This document shows positions 1 to 12,363 of a stretch of DNA of 64,000 bases, one piece after another. How positions within the stretch are numbered: the stretch's first letter is position 1; each line of letters starts with the position of its first letter. The translations under genes and the position numbers were made by a program. The stretch lies in NCBI GenBank assembly GCA_963825865.1, contig CAWGVG010000036.1, positions 96,001-160,000 of the forward strand. Reading direction: 5' to 3'. This DNA comes from an uncultured Nitrososphaeraceae archaeon (GTDB lineage: Archaea; Thermoproteota; Nitrososphaeria; Nitrososphaerales; Nitrososphaeraceae). Under the pieces are notes generated by a model that searched no databases, had not been told where the DNA came from, and worked only from the letters and a program-made list of their open reading frames with translations.

Positions 1-14
1 TCTAGGCATAAGAA

Positions 15-206
15 ATGTCATTCATAATGCAGCTATTTAAAAGAAAAGGAAAAGAAGAAGAAAAAGTTGATAACAATAATAGAAGGGTTGTCAAATGTAA
101 AGAATGCGGGATGCACTTTGAAAGTAAAGACAGATTAAATACACATGACAAAAAAGCTCATTCAGGCAGAGGAGAAAGGAAGAAAATGAAGAAAGAGAGA
201 TTTTGA
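15..206 (+). CDS. Small C2H2 zinc-finger protein
   Basis: CKECGMHFESKDRLNTHDKKAH matches the C2H2 pattern Cx2C-x3-F-x5-L-x2-H-x4-H. Confidence 0.75.
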   Translation: MSFIMQLFKRKGKEEEKVDNNNRRVVKCKECGMHFESKDRLNTHDKKAHSGRGERKKMKKERF

Positions 207-397
207 ATTATATGATATAGAAATTTCTGCCTGCCTCTTTTTGTACTCTTTTATAACAAAGCCATTAGATTCTTTATCAAAGGCAAGAGTATCAATTCTT
301 GGCGAGTCACTTTCTGAAATAGAATGGATGTATACCTTGCTTACGAGTAGCGTAAGTAATATTAAAGAAGGGGAAGGGAAAGAACAACTTGGTTTTC

Positions 398-1066
398 CTA
401 TTCTATATTTATCTGCATTCCTTTGGGTTTGGATTGTTCTTTTTTCTTGAACGTTATTTCAAGTATTCCATTTTTATAAGTTGACTTGGCTGTTTCAATA
501 TTTGTTTCAGGAGGAATTTCAATAACCTCGCGATATTTTCTTTCTTCTGGATGAGTAGTTGTAACTTCTACTGAATTGTCATACGCATTTACCTTGATAT
601 TTTCTTTGTTGGCACCTGGCATTTCTACTATCACTTTAACTTCTGTATCTGTAGTTACTACATCTGCTAAAGGTTGCATTTCAGAAGAAATCAGTGGAGT
701 TGAAAAAGAGCCTCCTACTCCGCCGCCACGCAATGATGATGACCTGACATTACCGAATTCTCTTACCTTTGGTTTGCCATCCTGTCCAATAGTCATAGAA
801 TAACCATATACTATTGGTCCTACTTCACGCATCTTGCCACCTTCAGGTGTTTGATATTCTCTTACTAATTCTTTTGGTGCTGCCGACTGAAAGTTCTTAA
901 ACTGTTCTTCAAATTGCCTTTCCATTTCTCTTCTCATTTCCTCAAATCCTCTGAACATATCGCCAAAAGGGAATTGTCTGCTAGATTTACCACTGTTGCC
1001 ACTACCACCAAAGGACCTCCTAAACCAATCAAATGGTTCTATGTTATTGTCGCCTTCAGAACTCAA
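398..1066 (-). CDS. hsp20: Archaeal small heat-shock protein (Hsp20/alpha-crystallin)
   Basis: GPIVYGYSMTIGQDGKPKVREFGNV, VEMPG, AKSTYKNGILEI motifs. Confidence 0.92.
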   Translation of the reverse strand: MSSEGDNNIEPFDWFRRSFGGSGNSGKSSRQFPFGDMFRGFEEMRREMERQFEEQFKNFQSAAPKELVREYQTPEGGKMREVGPIVYGYSMTIGQDGKPKVREFGNVRSSSLRGGGVGGSFSTPLISSEMQPLADVVTTDTEVKVIVEMPGANKENIKVNAYDNSVEVTTTHPEERKYREVIEIPPETNIETAKSTYKNGILEITFKKKEQSKPKGMQINIE

Positions 1067-1451
1067 TTATAATAATAACACCACTGCTATAAAGGAGGTT
1101 ATAATGTTACATAAAGGTATTCTCAAAGTAGGACTAAATGACCTTTCCCGTTGGTTTTAGATTTGTAATATTTTATTGCGTATGTATGTATTTGTAGTCT
1201 TGAAATAATGTCCCTGTATCTAGAAAACAACCAAGATGAAACTTTTTGAGATAAACAAACCTATGCCTGTACTTCAATAGATTTGGTAGTACTAACCAAC
1301 TCCTTTCTATCACTCCTCTTTAGGTTTTAGAATTTATGCTACTGCTAGATTATATATTTCCATTAACCGGGCCTGACAGTTTAATTTTTATTTTTTAGCT
1401 TCTTTAAGAATATTCGCTTTTTTTGTTAAGAAAATTGTTGTCGTCCTTCTT

Positions 1452-2042
1452 CTATTTATCATCACTTCTGTTTACTATTATTATAAAAGCTACCACTAAT
1501 ACAGTACTGACAATTCCTACCAATCCTGCAGGCAAAAGCAAAGGAATTAGATAATTCATATTTATAATGCCAACTGGCTGAGATGGAACAATAACCTTGA
1601 AAGATGCTAATGCAATTGCATTATTTATCGAGGCTATTCTAATAATGACTTGATAGGTACCAGTATCAAAGAATCGTGACTTTATAGAGAAGTCCCCGTC
1701 TGGTGCGGATATATTGTTAAATTTGAAGGTTTTTTGTTGTTGATTTGTTATAGTAATATTTGTAATTAGATCTTTCAAATGTTCCCCAGTTTGTAGATTC
1801 TGTATACTGAAGTTAAGCTCGGTAAAAGTATAAACTAGAGGTTTTTCTGGTTCATAAGTAAACTGAATTTTCACATTCTCCCTTTGGTTTACCCATTCTT
1901 GTACTCTTCTCTTATCGTAAATATGTGCATAGGGAGCAATAACACTTGGGAATATAATTCCCACTAGCATAATAGAGAGTATTAAGGATAACATAATCTC
2001 AAAAGCAAGAGCCCTAGAAAATGATAATATAAAGACTATCAA
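1452..2042 (-). CDS. Membrane-anchored hypothetical protein with beta-rich extracellular domain
   Basis: N-terminal hydrophobic signal, beta-strand-like middle (GTYQVIIRI), C-terminal TM helix. Confidence 0.55.
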   Translation of the reverse strand: MIVFILSFSRALAFEIMLSLILSIMLVGIIFPSVIAPYAHIYDKRRVQEWVNQRENVKIQFTYEPEKPLVYTFTELNFSIQNLQTGEHLKDLITNITITNQQQKTFKFNNISAPDGDFSIKSRFFDTGTYQVIIRIASINNAIALASFKVIVPSQPVGIINMNYLIPLLLPAGLVGIVSTVLVVAFIIIVNRSDDK

Positions 2043-2452
2043 ACTAATATACGAATATATGTAAAGAAAATAAATAAATTAAGAATTCTAATGAACATTA
2101 ACCGGCCAACCCAGTAATTATTATTATACACAAATGACAAACATGAATTTGCTCCGATCATTGTAATGGGTATATTTAATACTTAGATTTCATTTTATAT
2201 TTGTACCCAGCAGAAAAACGTGTATGAAGCAAGGCTGCAATATGTTACATATATATACAAATGGATAGTATAGGATTATTCCTCTTTATTCACTGCTAGA
2301 ATAGAATATATTAAATTTAGCTTACTTGACTGATATGGGGTGAGAAGGCCATTGTCATATTAAAAGTCCGATAATATGGCCAACAAATATTCTCCAAATG
2401 ATAAAAAATATGCACGATAAAAATTATTAATATCACAAAGTTTGTTCCATTA

Positions 2453-3273
2453 ATGAAGAGAGAGAAAAAGACTAATTATTATATGTCACTTTCTGAAATC
2501 GCCATTTTAACCATAGTTATAGTAATTTCAATATCTTCTATAATCGGGATTCAATTTCCGCTGAAAACATTAGCAGAAAACTCGAGCAATGCTAATCTTA
2601 CAGGAAAAACAGCAAGTCAGTCTGCTGAGTCATTGATGAAATCTATTATTGACCCACAGTCGATAATATCGTCCATATGTCAATGAAACTCGTAATACAC
2701 CCACAACAAGTACAGCTGTCGATAACATAAAAAATGCAACTTCGACGCTAACTTCAATTAAAAATATAACATCAGCAAGACAGCCCAATTGATAATTCAT
2801 TGGCAGTCGAGAAGAAAAACAAAGAAACCAGTATGCAAAGTAGCATTCCAGCTTTAAGGCAATCTGCTATATTGATGTTAGCCCATCAAATAATTCCACC
2901 AAAGGACTTCATCCCTCTTTACGATAGCTCATTAGACAAGATAGCCGATGCCCATATAACTGCAAAGATCCCATGTAATGGAAATTCTTCGTCTACATTA
3001 GAATTGCTTATAGGACATACTCCGGATTTTAAACCAGTTAAACTCGAGCCAGTTAAGGAATTGTCTAAACCCGGATACTTATGCACGTATCATACAGATA
3101 TTGGATCAACACACAATAGTAGTAGTGATGACAGAATAAATAGTACTACAATCACCAACGTATTGCTTCGTAATCCTTCAGACTATAGAACAATATTACC
3201 AAATACCAGTACCATAATTATAGACGTAAATAAAATTATTCCTCTTTATACAACTCAGAACCCAAGAAAGTAA
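2453..3273 (+). CDS. Secreted hypothetical protein with His/Cys residues, split into two ORFs
   Basis: ORF 2453-2686 has a signal peptide; ORF 2800-3273 has HITAKIPC and LSKPGYLCTYHTD; probably one gene broken by frameshifts. Confidence 0.45.
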
Positions 3274-4011
3274 AAAAAGAAGGACACATCAGTAGTAATG
3301 ACTAGTGCATTCATCCTATTTTTATTGCTGTTCGTTTTGTTGTTGTCATTGAGGATAATCGTGATGATGATTGATTTTGGCTTTCTGTATTTTCATCTGC
3401 ATGCACAGTATCAGCCATTGTATGATTAAATATTCCACTTTCGCTTATTTAAGACCAGACCCTTACAATTGTAAAGGATATAATGGAGCGTCTTCCGTTA
3501 TCTACTGTTACTTTCCTTATAATGTCATAATGTCGCCAAATGACGCATGCACTTCTTATGCAATTTCTCTAATCGTTTCACGTTGTTTACAAAGCTCAAC
3601 GGTTCCCTCTTTGTCTACTAAGTAATGCATATCGTAATATTGTCTCCCCAATGCCAATAAAGTGGCTTTGCCTATAAAAGTGAAAATTAACAAGCTGTGT
3701 TTTCTCTTGTTACTACGTTGTTTTCTAATGTTACAGTTTTGCAGTTTTGTTATCACAATATGCGGCTTTGTTATTTCTTATCTCATGTTATTTTATGTAT
3801 TTTGTTCTGCACGAATTATGCTGTCAATAGAGTATAGAGTAAATAATGAAAGATTAAGACAGATAAATATTAAGCTGAGAAAAATTTTGTCCTAACTAAT
3901 TTGACATAGCTACCAGTAGTATAGCACTGAGTTATAGAGAGAACTGATCTATAAACCAAATGATTCAAATCCTCCACTCTCCTCTTTATATTTTATATTG
4001 TCCTTGGCACT

Positions 4012-6224
4012 CTAAACAAACTTCTTAAGCAGCACAGAGTTCCCAAAGACTGCAGAGTCACTTATGACCCATCCCAGTGCTGCTAATGCTGGCGTAAGGA
4101 CAAGGGAGTTTGTAATACCATATAATAGTCCAGGCAGCTATTGATATTGTTACAACATTATATGTAAAGGACATAGCTAAATTCTGTTTTATCTTTTTCA
4201 TAGAGTATTTAGCTAATTTTAAAGTATAAACAATTTGATTTAGATCGCTTTTCATTAGTATTATGTGTCCTGACGACAACGCAACATCTGTTCCAGAGCC
4301 TATTGCTATTCCTATATCTGCTGTGGTTAGTGCTGGTGCATCATTTATCCCATCGCCAACCATTGCTACTACTACTTTCTTTGCTTGGTTTTGTTGCAGC
4401 TTTTTAATTTCTAAGGCCTTTGATTCAGGTGAAACTTGAGCCAACACTGTTGTTATGCCAAGCTCTTTGGCGATGGCATTAGCAGTTGTTTTATTGTCTC
4501 CGCTCATAAGTATAACTTCCTTTTTCATATTGTATTGAATTTTATCAATTACCTGTTTTGCATTTTCTCTTAATATATCGGCTACAGCTATCAAACCAGC
4601 TAGTTTATCTTCAACAAAAACAGTAACAACAGTTTTACCTTCTGATTCAAGCTCAGTAATTTTTTGTTGTTGTTGCAGCTTTTCATGAACTGCTTCTGCT
4701 CTTGTTATTATCATTCTGTTGTTGATATTATTATTGTCCTCATCATCATCTTTTCTAAAATTGCCAATGAATATTCTTTTTTCCAAGTATGTTGCAAGGA
4801 CTCCATGGCCAGTTAGTGAATTAAAGTCAGAAACTTTCAATATGGGAATTGATTTTTCATATGCCTTTCTCACTATGGATTGTGCAATCGGATGTTCTGA
4901 CTTTATCTCAGTAGATGCTGCTAACTGCAAAATCTCAAATTCACTGTATCCGTTAATTGGGATTACATCTGTTACTTCTGGCTTTCCTTTTGTAAGAGTG
5001 CCTGTCTTATCAAATACTATGGTGTCTACAGACGATAATTTTTCCAAGTATTGTCCGCCCTTTATTAATACACCTTCTTTTGCTGCCTTGTCTATTCCTA
5101 AGGATATTACCATTGGAGTAGCTATTCCTAAAGCACAAGGACATGAGACAACAAGTATTGTGGCAAAGACAGTTATAGCAAAAGAAATAGGCTGGTGTGC
5201 CACGAAAAGCCAATAAAGTGAAGAACCAAGTGCAATAGAAAGTACAATTGGGACAAAATAGCGAACCGCTCTATCTGCAATCCTCTGTACTGGTGCTTTT
5301 GACATTCTTGCTTTCTTTACCATGTCAATTATGCTTGCAAGTACAGTATGGCTGCCCACATTGGTTGCTTTGAATTGAAGATATCCGTTTTTGTTAATTG
5401 TACCACCAATAACTTTATCACCCATTTTCTTATCTATTGGTATTGATTCTCCTGTAATCATAGATTCATCTACTGAGGATTCACCATGTACTACTATGCC
5501 ATCCGTAGCAATCTTTTCCCCTGGTTTGACAATAACTATATCTCTAGCGACAATATCGTCAGAATTAATTATTACTTGCTCTTCTTCTTTTCCTTTGATA
5601 TTTCTTCTAATTACCGTAGCTTTTTTAGGCTTTAGAGCAAGCAAGTTTCTTAGTGATTCAGATGTTGTTTTTAGAACTCTGCTTTCGAGGTATTCACCTA
5701 TTGTAAAAATAGTCAAGACCGAAGCTGATGCCTCGAAGAATAGTAAGTCAGATCCTGCTAACAGATTTACCAAGCTATAGCCGTATGCTACACTTGTAAC
5801 TCAACACAACCAGTGTGTCCGTAGTAAAACCTTTTCTTTGTTTTATTGTTCTATAGAATCGGAGATAGAATGGTTTTCCCAGAATAAATTGAACTGGAGT
5901 TGCTAAAGCTAGCGCTATAATATAGTCTGTTACGATAGAATGATAAGAAAGCAATTCGAGCAATACTATCGGTATAGTCAGAGCAAGTCCGATAACAATT
6001 AGTAATTTAGGATTGCTTAACCTCCGTTCATTATCTTTGCCCTGATGTTCTTGGTTAAACTCTTGTCCTTTTTCTTCTGTCGATGTTTCTGACGCAATTA
6101 TATTGCTACAACAACAGTCGCAACTAGTATCATTATTAGTATTATTGTTATTCCTGCCACCACCACCAACTTCTTTCGCTTTTTTTTCTTCTTTTATTAC
6201 TATTTTGTCATCAAGTTTTTTCAT
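4012..6224 (-). CDS. Heavy-metal-translocating P1B-type ATPase (CopA-like), two frameshifts
   Basis: TGES, CPCALG, DKTGTLT, SEHP, GDGINDAPAL and YN motifs. N-terminus in ORF 5775-6224. True C-terminus (GLLYGITNSLVLTPALAALGWVISDSAVFGNSVLLKKFV*) is in a shifted frame ending at 4012. Confidence 0.9.
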
Positions 6225-6248
6225 TTTCTTAAATCTCCATGGAAAATA

Positions 6249-6596
6249 TTAGGATTTTTCTTCATTATAGTTTACACAAGCATAGATACCATTTGCTATC
6301 TCCGATAAAGTCGCATCACTTTCTTCCAATAGTTTTGAAACTTTTTTGTTTCCTAGACTATAGAATATGTTCTTTCCCTGTCTTCTATTTTTAACAAGTC
6401 CGCAATCTAGTAAACAGGCCAAGTGATTTGATACATTAGATTGGCTGTGACCAGTTTCCTTAACTATTTGCGATGTGGCTTTTTCACCTTCCCGTAATGA
6501 TTCAAGAATGGCAAGCCTTGTCGAATCCCCCAGACCTCTGAATAACTTTGCCTTTAAACCAAGCTTTTGGAGATGTATTGATACATTATTAGTCAA
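6249..6596 (-). CDS. ArsR/SmtB family transcriptional repressor
   Basis: LFRGLGDSTRLAIL...SQSNVSNHLACLLDCGLV...RQGKNIFYSL; directly upstream of the ATPase. Confidence 0.9.
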   Translation of the reverse strand: MTNNVSIHLQKLGLKAKLFRGLGDSTRLAILESLREGEKATSQIVKETGHSQSNVSNHLACLLDCGLVKNRRQGKNIFYSLGNKKVSKLLEESDATLSEIANGIYACVNYNEEKS

Positions 6597-6952
6597 TGAT
6601 TTGTTAATTTGTTAATATGATAGATAAATGTATCTGAGATAATTTGTAGAAAAACATGATAAAATAGTTTATGTAACAACAATCAATACTACTATTCCTA
6701 TTATAGGTTCGAGACTCTTATCATTGAATCGATTAGTATATCTTGTTACTACTCAATAAAAAAGAAAAGAAATGAAAAATGATAAAGGCTAAGAAAATTT
6801 TAGTCACTCTCTTTTTCTTCATTCTTGCTGGATTCTTCGAAATAGGCGGGAGTTATTTGATATTGCTGTGACTACGAGAAGAGAGGGGGATGGCTTCTTG
6901 ATATGATTGGAGGATGAATAAACTATCCAATCATGTTAGGTAATGCAACGGT

Positions 6953-7214
6953 ATGACACACCACAAAAGGCCAGAATTGGCAAAAAAGATTGGCAAGAAT
7001 TGAAGGTCATGTTAAAGGTATTAGGAAAATGATCGATGAAGATAAGAGCTATTCAGACATAGTACAGCAAATATCTGCTGTTCGAGCAGCATTGGATGGT
7101 GTAATAGAGGTTATGGTTCAAGACTTAGTTGAGTATTACGTTAGCCAAACAGCAGATAATAAAGGGAAGAATATAGCTATCAAATTAAAGGATACAGTTT
7201 CAAGGATTCTCTAA
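6953..7214 (+). CDS. CsoR/RcnR-family repressor-like protein
   Basis: RLARIEGHVKGIRKMI...DIVQQISAVRAAL; ATG at 6953 (MTHHKRPE) is offset by one base in an A-run. Confidence 0.8.
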
Positions 7215-7457
7215 CTTACCGTTATACATCGCTTTAACAATCCTTGTTTCAATATGCGTGAAATATTTATACTCACTGATTGATAGAAATATTTATTTTC
7301 CCAATTCAAAGTACGTCTATCTTCTGTAATTGATGAATGTCTTATCTTTATTGTATCATGTGCATGTGCTTCAATCCTACAAACCATTATGCTTCTTCGA
7401 AGTCTTTTGCTAGAGTTAAAAGAATAATTAGATCAAGGTTTATGACAATGTTGCCCA

Positions 7458-7790
7458 ATGGTATACAAAATAACTCCAAAAGAACTGCAAGGAAGAAAAG
7501 ATGAATACATGATAGTAGATGTACGAGAAGCCGATGAAATGGAGGAAGGCAAGATAGAAGGAGCAGTCAATATGCCACTAGGACAGCTAATAAGGAAGGC
7601 AAGGCATGGGGATCTGAATGATCTTAAGAGTAAGAAAATTGTTACTTACTGTTCTGGTGGATATAGAGGAAATATGGCTGCAGATGAGTTAACCAGGCAA
7701 GGATTTGATGCTGTAACTATTGAAGGAGGATATTCTGCTTGGAAAGATGGGGAAAAGAAAAATGAGGACAGTAGCAATAGCAATAAGTGA
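7458..7790 (+). CDS. Single-domain rhodanese (sulfurtransferase)
   Basis: IVDVRE, GKIEGAVNMP, active-site YCSGGYR, EGGYSAW. Confidence 0.9.
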   Translation: MVYKITPKELQGRKDEYMIVDVREADEMEEGKIEGAVNMPLGQLIRKARHGDLNDLKSKKIVTYCSGGYRGNMAADELTRQGFDAVTIEGGYSAWKDGEKKNEDSSNSNK

Positions 7791-8408
7791 AGTCTGGAAT
7801 GAAGTCTACAAATCAGACAGCACTTTCTTTGGAGAGGAACCTAGCAACTTTGCCTTGCTTTGTTTTAATCATATGAAAATGAACAATGCAAAGAAAGTAT
7901 TATTGGAGTTGGGAGCCGGCCACGGCAGAGATGCAACTTTTTTGCGTCAAATGGAATTGAAGAAGAGGCATTAGACTATTCTGTCATTGCCATTGAGATA
8001 CTAGATAAAATAGCAAAGGAAAAAAGGCTGCCAATAAAACCACAAATCTTTGATGTTAGAAAGCCGCTTCCATTTACAGATGACTATTTTGATGTGGTAT
8101 ATTCACATATGCTACTTAACATGAAGTTTTCACTAGACGAGCTTCATTTTATATTTTCAGAAATGAGGAGAGTGCTAAAACCAAAAGGTTTGAACTTTTT
8201 TTCTGTCAGAAACCACAATGACAAATCCTATGGCAAAGGTGTAGAGATAGACAAAGGAATCTATGATATATATGGCTTTGAAATCAGATTCTTTACAGAA
8301 AAGGAGATTCAAGGTTTGGCAGCAGAAGGAGGCTTTCAAATACTCTGGATAAGAAAAGAATATGAAGAGCCAGTTACGCTTTATTTTGTATCCAACAGAA
8401 AAATGTGA
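7762..8408 (+). CDS. Class I SAM-dependent methyltransferase, frameshifted
   Basis: LLELGAGHGRD motif I; FDVVYSH; RVLKPKG; spans ORFs 7720-7974 and 8094-8408. Confidence 0.8.
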
Positions 8409-8578
8409 ATGAAACAATTTTTCTTTGTCTTTTTTTATGCATAAAATGTTCTATGTGAAGCTTTTTATGAACATAATTCTCGCGAATCTATCCATTCATC
8501 CAACGGCATCTACCCACCAAGGCCAATAGTGCTTGCAATTGGTGTATGATGGTTACTCATTCAATACTACTTTTTTTA

Positions 8579-8782
8579 CTACTTCCTTTTTTTGGCTGCT
8601 TTATTACGGTTATCTGTGTCTCTACTACTACTACTACTGCCAATATAATTCTCAATAGCTCTTAGAATATACCTGCTCCTAGGAATATCGCCACGTTTTT
8701 TGTCGATCCTCTGTATTATTGATTTAGGTAAAGTGATTCCTAGTTTTACAGTCTTATCCATTGCAATAGTGCCACCTGTCAT
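8579..8782 (-). CDS. Ribbon-helix-helix DNA-binding protein
   Basis: VKLGITLPKSIIQRID...IPRSRYILRAIENY. Confidence 0.75.
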   Translation of the reverse strand: MTGGTIAMDKTVKLGITLPKSIIQRIDKKRGDIPRSRYILRAIENYIGSSSSSRDTDNRNKAAKKRK

Positions 8783-9304
8783 ACTAGTAGTATAGAGATC
8801 TATCTACTCATATCTAAAGGATCCAGATAAGAATTATATTACATTATTATAATTAATTCACCTAAGAACATTAAAAAATGACACTAACTACTATACAAAA
8901 GTTCATCTTCTTTTAAAATTCTATGTAGTAGTAGGTCGGCAGCCTGACTGGAGTTTATACACCCGTCTTGCATTCTAGGAAAAGTGGTAAACAAAAATAC
9001 AAAAGATAATAATAATAGTGATATCTGTATTGAAAAAGTAATAAAGCTAATTATTATTTATAATTTTTTGCTATATTGAATAATAAATATATATTTAATT
9101 TTATCCTAGTTTTATATCAAAGAGATATTATATTTTATTGGTTTGTCTCTCTTTCTTCTATTTCTCTCTTAAAATATTCGAGATTCTTAAATTTTTTTCC
9201 TCTTATACATATATAAATGATCTTTTAGAATTATTTTGCTTCACTCTTTTTAAAGCTTAAAACTAAAATATATATTCGGATATTGATCTTCAAATTGTCT
9301 GTAT

Positions 9305-9484
9305 ATGTCTAAACCCTTGCAATTACCTGTCTGTACCTCCTGCAACAGACCTATAATGCCTAATGACGAGTGTGTAAAATATTATTGCCCTAACTGCGGC
9401 TATGTTTTAATTTGGAGGTGTCAAAGCTGCCGTGAATTTGCTAGAGTTTACAAATGTGTAGGGTGCGGATTTGAGGGTCCTTAG
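9305..9484 (+). CDS. Small archaeal multi-CxxC zinc-ribbon protein (DUF1610-like), not in ORF track
   Basis: My translation: MSKPLQLPVCTSCNRPIMPNDECVKYYCPNCGYVLIWRCQSCREFARVYKCVGCGFEGP*; four CxxC motifs; in the usual position upstream of EF-1beta. Confidence 0.9.
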   Translation: MSKPLQLPVCTSCNRPIMPNDECVKYYCPNCGYVLIWRCQSCREFARVYKCVGCGFEGP

Positions 9485-9541
9485 AAATGACATCGCCATC
9501 ATCCATCACCATCATCATCGCATAGCAATAGCCGTCGTCTC

Positions 9542-9808
9542 GTGGCAAGAATTAGGATTCTACCGGCTGAATCTGATTCCAACTTGGATAGTGTTGTCAC
9601 GAATCTAAAGGACAAGATTCCAAAGGGTATGGAGCTCAAAGCTCATGCAAAAGAACCAATTGCCTTTGGTTTAAATGCAATCATTGGAGATTTTTTGATA
9701 GATGACGAAGAAGGTCAAATGGACAAGTTAGAAGATTCAATAAAAAGTATAGAAGGAGTTGGCCAAATAGAGGTAATTAACATAAGCAGGCAGTCTATAA
9801 GAATATGA
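9542..9808 (+). CDS. ef1b: Archaeal elongation factor 1-beta
   Basis: EPIAFGLNAI, EGQMDKLEDSIKSIEGVGQIEV. Confidence 0.92.
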   Translation: MARIRILPAESDSNLDSVVTNLKDKIPKGMELKAHAKEPIAFGLNAIIGDFLIDDEEGQMDKLEDSIKSIEGVGQIEVINISRQSIRI

Positions 9809-9913
9809 AATAAAATAAAAAATATAAAATATGATAAACAAAAACTACCACCACTACCACCATTACCGCCTCGGCCAGTACCATGGGACAGTGACGGAGG
9901 TTACCAGTAGCTT

Positions 9914-12129
9914 TTGAAAAAATCTCATGGAAGCAGTGGTGGCGATGAATCATCATCATCACGGAAAATTCAATTAAGAGTGGCTGAAGCAAAACATAGA
10001 GATGTAGGTAAACGCAGAGCACGAATTGACCCTGAAGCCATGGATAGACTTGGGATTGAGGCAGGTGAAGTTATTGAACTAGTTGGCAAACGCACGACTG
10101 CTGTAACTGCCTGGCCTGCTGATGAAGAAGAAAAGGAGACTGATATTATTCGAATGGATGGCCAGACAAGGAAGAATGCCGGTGTTGGTCTAAATGATCA
10201 GCTGGTGGTAAGGAAGATTGAATCAAAAACTGCAAAAGTTGTGGTTTTAATGCCTTTGGTAAGTAGCGAGCATTTCTGTTGATAAAGAATTCTGCGAATT
10301 TGTAAAAAATAGGCTCAGAGGTTTTCCAGTTAACGAAGGTGATGAAATATCGGTAGTAATTTTAGGAAATCCAATGGATTTTCGTATTGAAAGAGTAACG
10401 CCACATGCAATTGTAAAGATCGAACGCTCAACCAAGTTGAATATAATGTCAGAAACTGTTGTTGATAAAAAACCTCGAGTGACTTATGAGGAGATTGGTG
10501 GATTAAAAGATCAGATTAAGCGACTCAGAGAAATAGTCGAATTACCTTTAAGACATCCTGAGGTTTTTGCAAGGCTTGGTATTGAACCTCACAGTGGTAT
10601 ACTCATGTACGGTTCTCCTGGCTGTGGAAAGACACTGATTGCAAAGGCGCTTGCATCCGAATCAGAAGCAAATTTCTATATTATAAATGGTCCAGAAATT
10701 GTGAACAAGTACTACGGCGAAACAGAAGCTAGATTGCGGGATATTTTTAAAGAAGCGAGGGATTCTGCACCCAGTATCATATTTATTGATGAAATTGATG
10801 CCATAGCTCCAAAGAGAGAAGAAGCCTTTGGTGATGTTGAGAAAAGGGTTGTAGCACAATTGCTTGCGCTTATGGATGGAATGTCAGAACGTGGAAATGT
10901 GATAGTGCTTGGGGCGACTAATAGGGCTGAAAGCATTGATCCTGCACTTAGACGTCCAGGTAGATTTGACAGGGAGATTGAAATTGGTGTTCCAAACGTT
11001 GAAGGAAGGCTGGAAATTCTTCAAATCCATACCAGGGGAATGCCTCTTGCCGAAGACATCGATCTAACAGAATTATCGTCTGGGCTGTATGGATATACTG
11101 GTGCAGACATCAAGGCTTTATGCAGAGAAGCGGCAATGAAAGCCCTCAGGCGCTACTTGCCAGAGATCGATTTAGAAGGAGACAAAGTTTCACCAGATAC
11201 GCTCGAGACAATTGAGATTACGAACAGAGATTTCAAAGAAGGGATGAAGGAGATTATTCCAACTGCAATGAGAGAATTTTACGTTGAAGTTGCACGAGTT
11301 AAATGGAATGATGTGGGCGGGTTATATGATGCAAAACGAACGTTGTATGACAATCTTATTACTGCTATCAAAGAGCCTGAAAGTTTCGTCAAAATGGGTA
11401 TCAAACCGCCAAGAGGAGCGCTATTATTTGGTCCTCCTGGCTGTCGGCAAGACCTTGATTGCAAAATCTCTGGCAACTGAGAGCAATGCTAACATTATAG
11501 TGGTAAGGGGCCCTGAAGTACTATCTAAATGGGTAGGAGAATCTGAAAAGGCAATACGCGAAATTTTTAGAAAGGCAAAGGCCTCTTCGCCATGCGTTGT
11601 AGTATTTGACGAACTTGACTCTCTTGCTAGACCTAGAGGGGGTGAAGACGATATGTCAGGGAATGAAAGGGTACTTTCCCAGATTTTAACAGAAATGGAT
11701 GATTCAGGCAGTGCAGAAGTTATAGTGATTGGTATTACAAATAGACCTGACCTTATAGATACATCTATGCTTCGCCCAGGGAGGCTAGACTTGATTTTGT
11801 ATATTGGTCCACCTGATGATAAAGGCCGGCTTGAAATTATGAATATATTGACTTCTCCCATGCCACTAGCAAATGACGTTAATTTAAAAGAAATTTCTCT
11901 ATTATCTACAAAAGGATTCAGCGGTGCAGACCTTGTTGCACTATGCAGAGAGGCAGCTGTTAACGCAATGCGAGGAAAATCAGATATCATCAGTAACTCT
12001 GACTTTGGTAAAGCGTTGCATATGGTAAAGCCCTCTATAACCAAGGATGTAGAAGACTGGTATGAATCTATGAAAAAAAGTGTTACCTATGCAATGCCAA
12101 AACAGATAGACAAGATATTTTATGGATAG
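9914..12129 (+). CDS. cdc48: Cdc48/VCP-family AAA+ ATPase, frameshifts near 10260 and 11445
   Basis: N-domain plus two AAA modules ([21 protein letters not shown]; GPPGxGKT, VFDELD, RPGRLD) across three ORFs. Confidence 0.93.
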
Positions 12130-12133
12130 CAAA

Positions 12134-12159
12134 GATAGATAGATAGATAGATAGATAGA
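12134..12159. repeat. (GATA)n microsatellite
   Basis: About 6 GATA units right after the cdc48 stop. Confidence 0.85.
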
Positions 12160-12333
12160 CAGGCAGCATATACATACATACACACGTTTCATATGTTATG
12201 TCATGCAATGGTAATTTATTATTGGTATTTTACTCATTCTTACACTCAATCACCGTCCTATATAATTGAGAACTTTGCATTAGTTATTTGTCTAATTATC
12301 TGTCTTCAAAAAAAATATAAAAAATTTTGGTTA

Positions 12334-12356
12334 GAGCCATTATTTTTTTCTGGCTC
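12334..12356 (-). terminator. Type-B 3' hairpin of MNNT copy 1
   Basis: GAGCCA...TGGCTC stem; same element follows copy 9 at 37832. Confidence 0.6.
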
Positions 12357-12363
12357 ATATGAA

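Noticed and set aside
4719-12044. Long antisense ORFs such as 4719-5216, 5391-5780 and 11424-12044
   Set aside because: Shadows of well-supported genes on the other strand.
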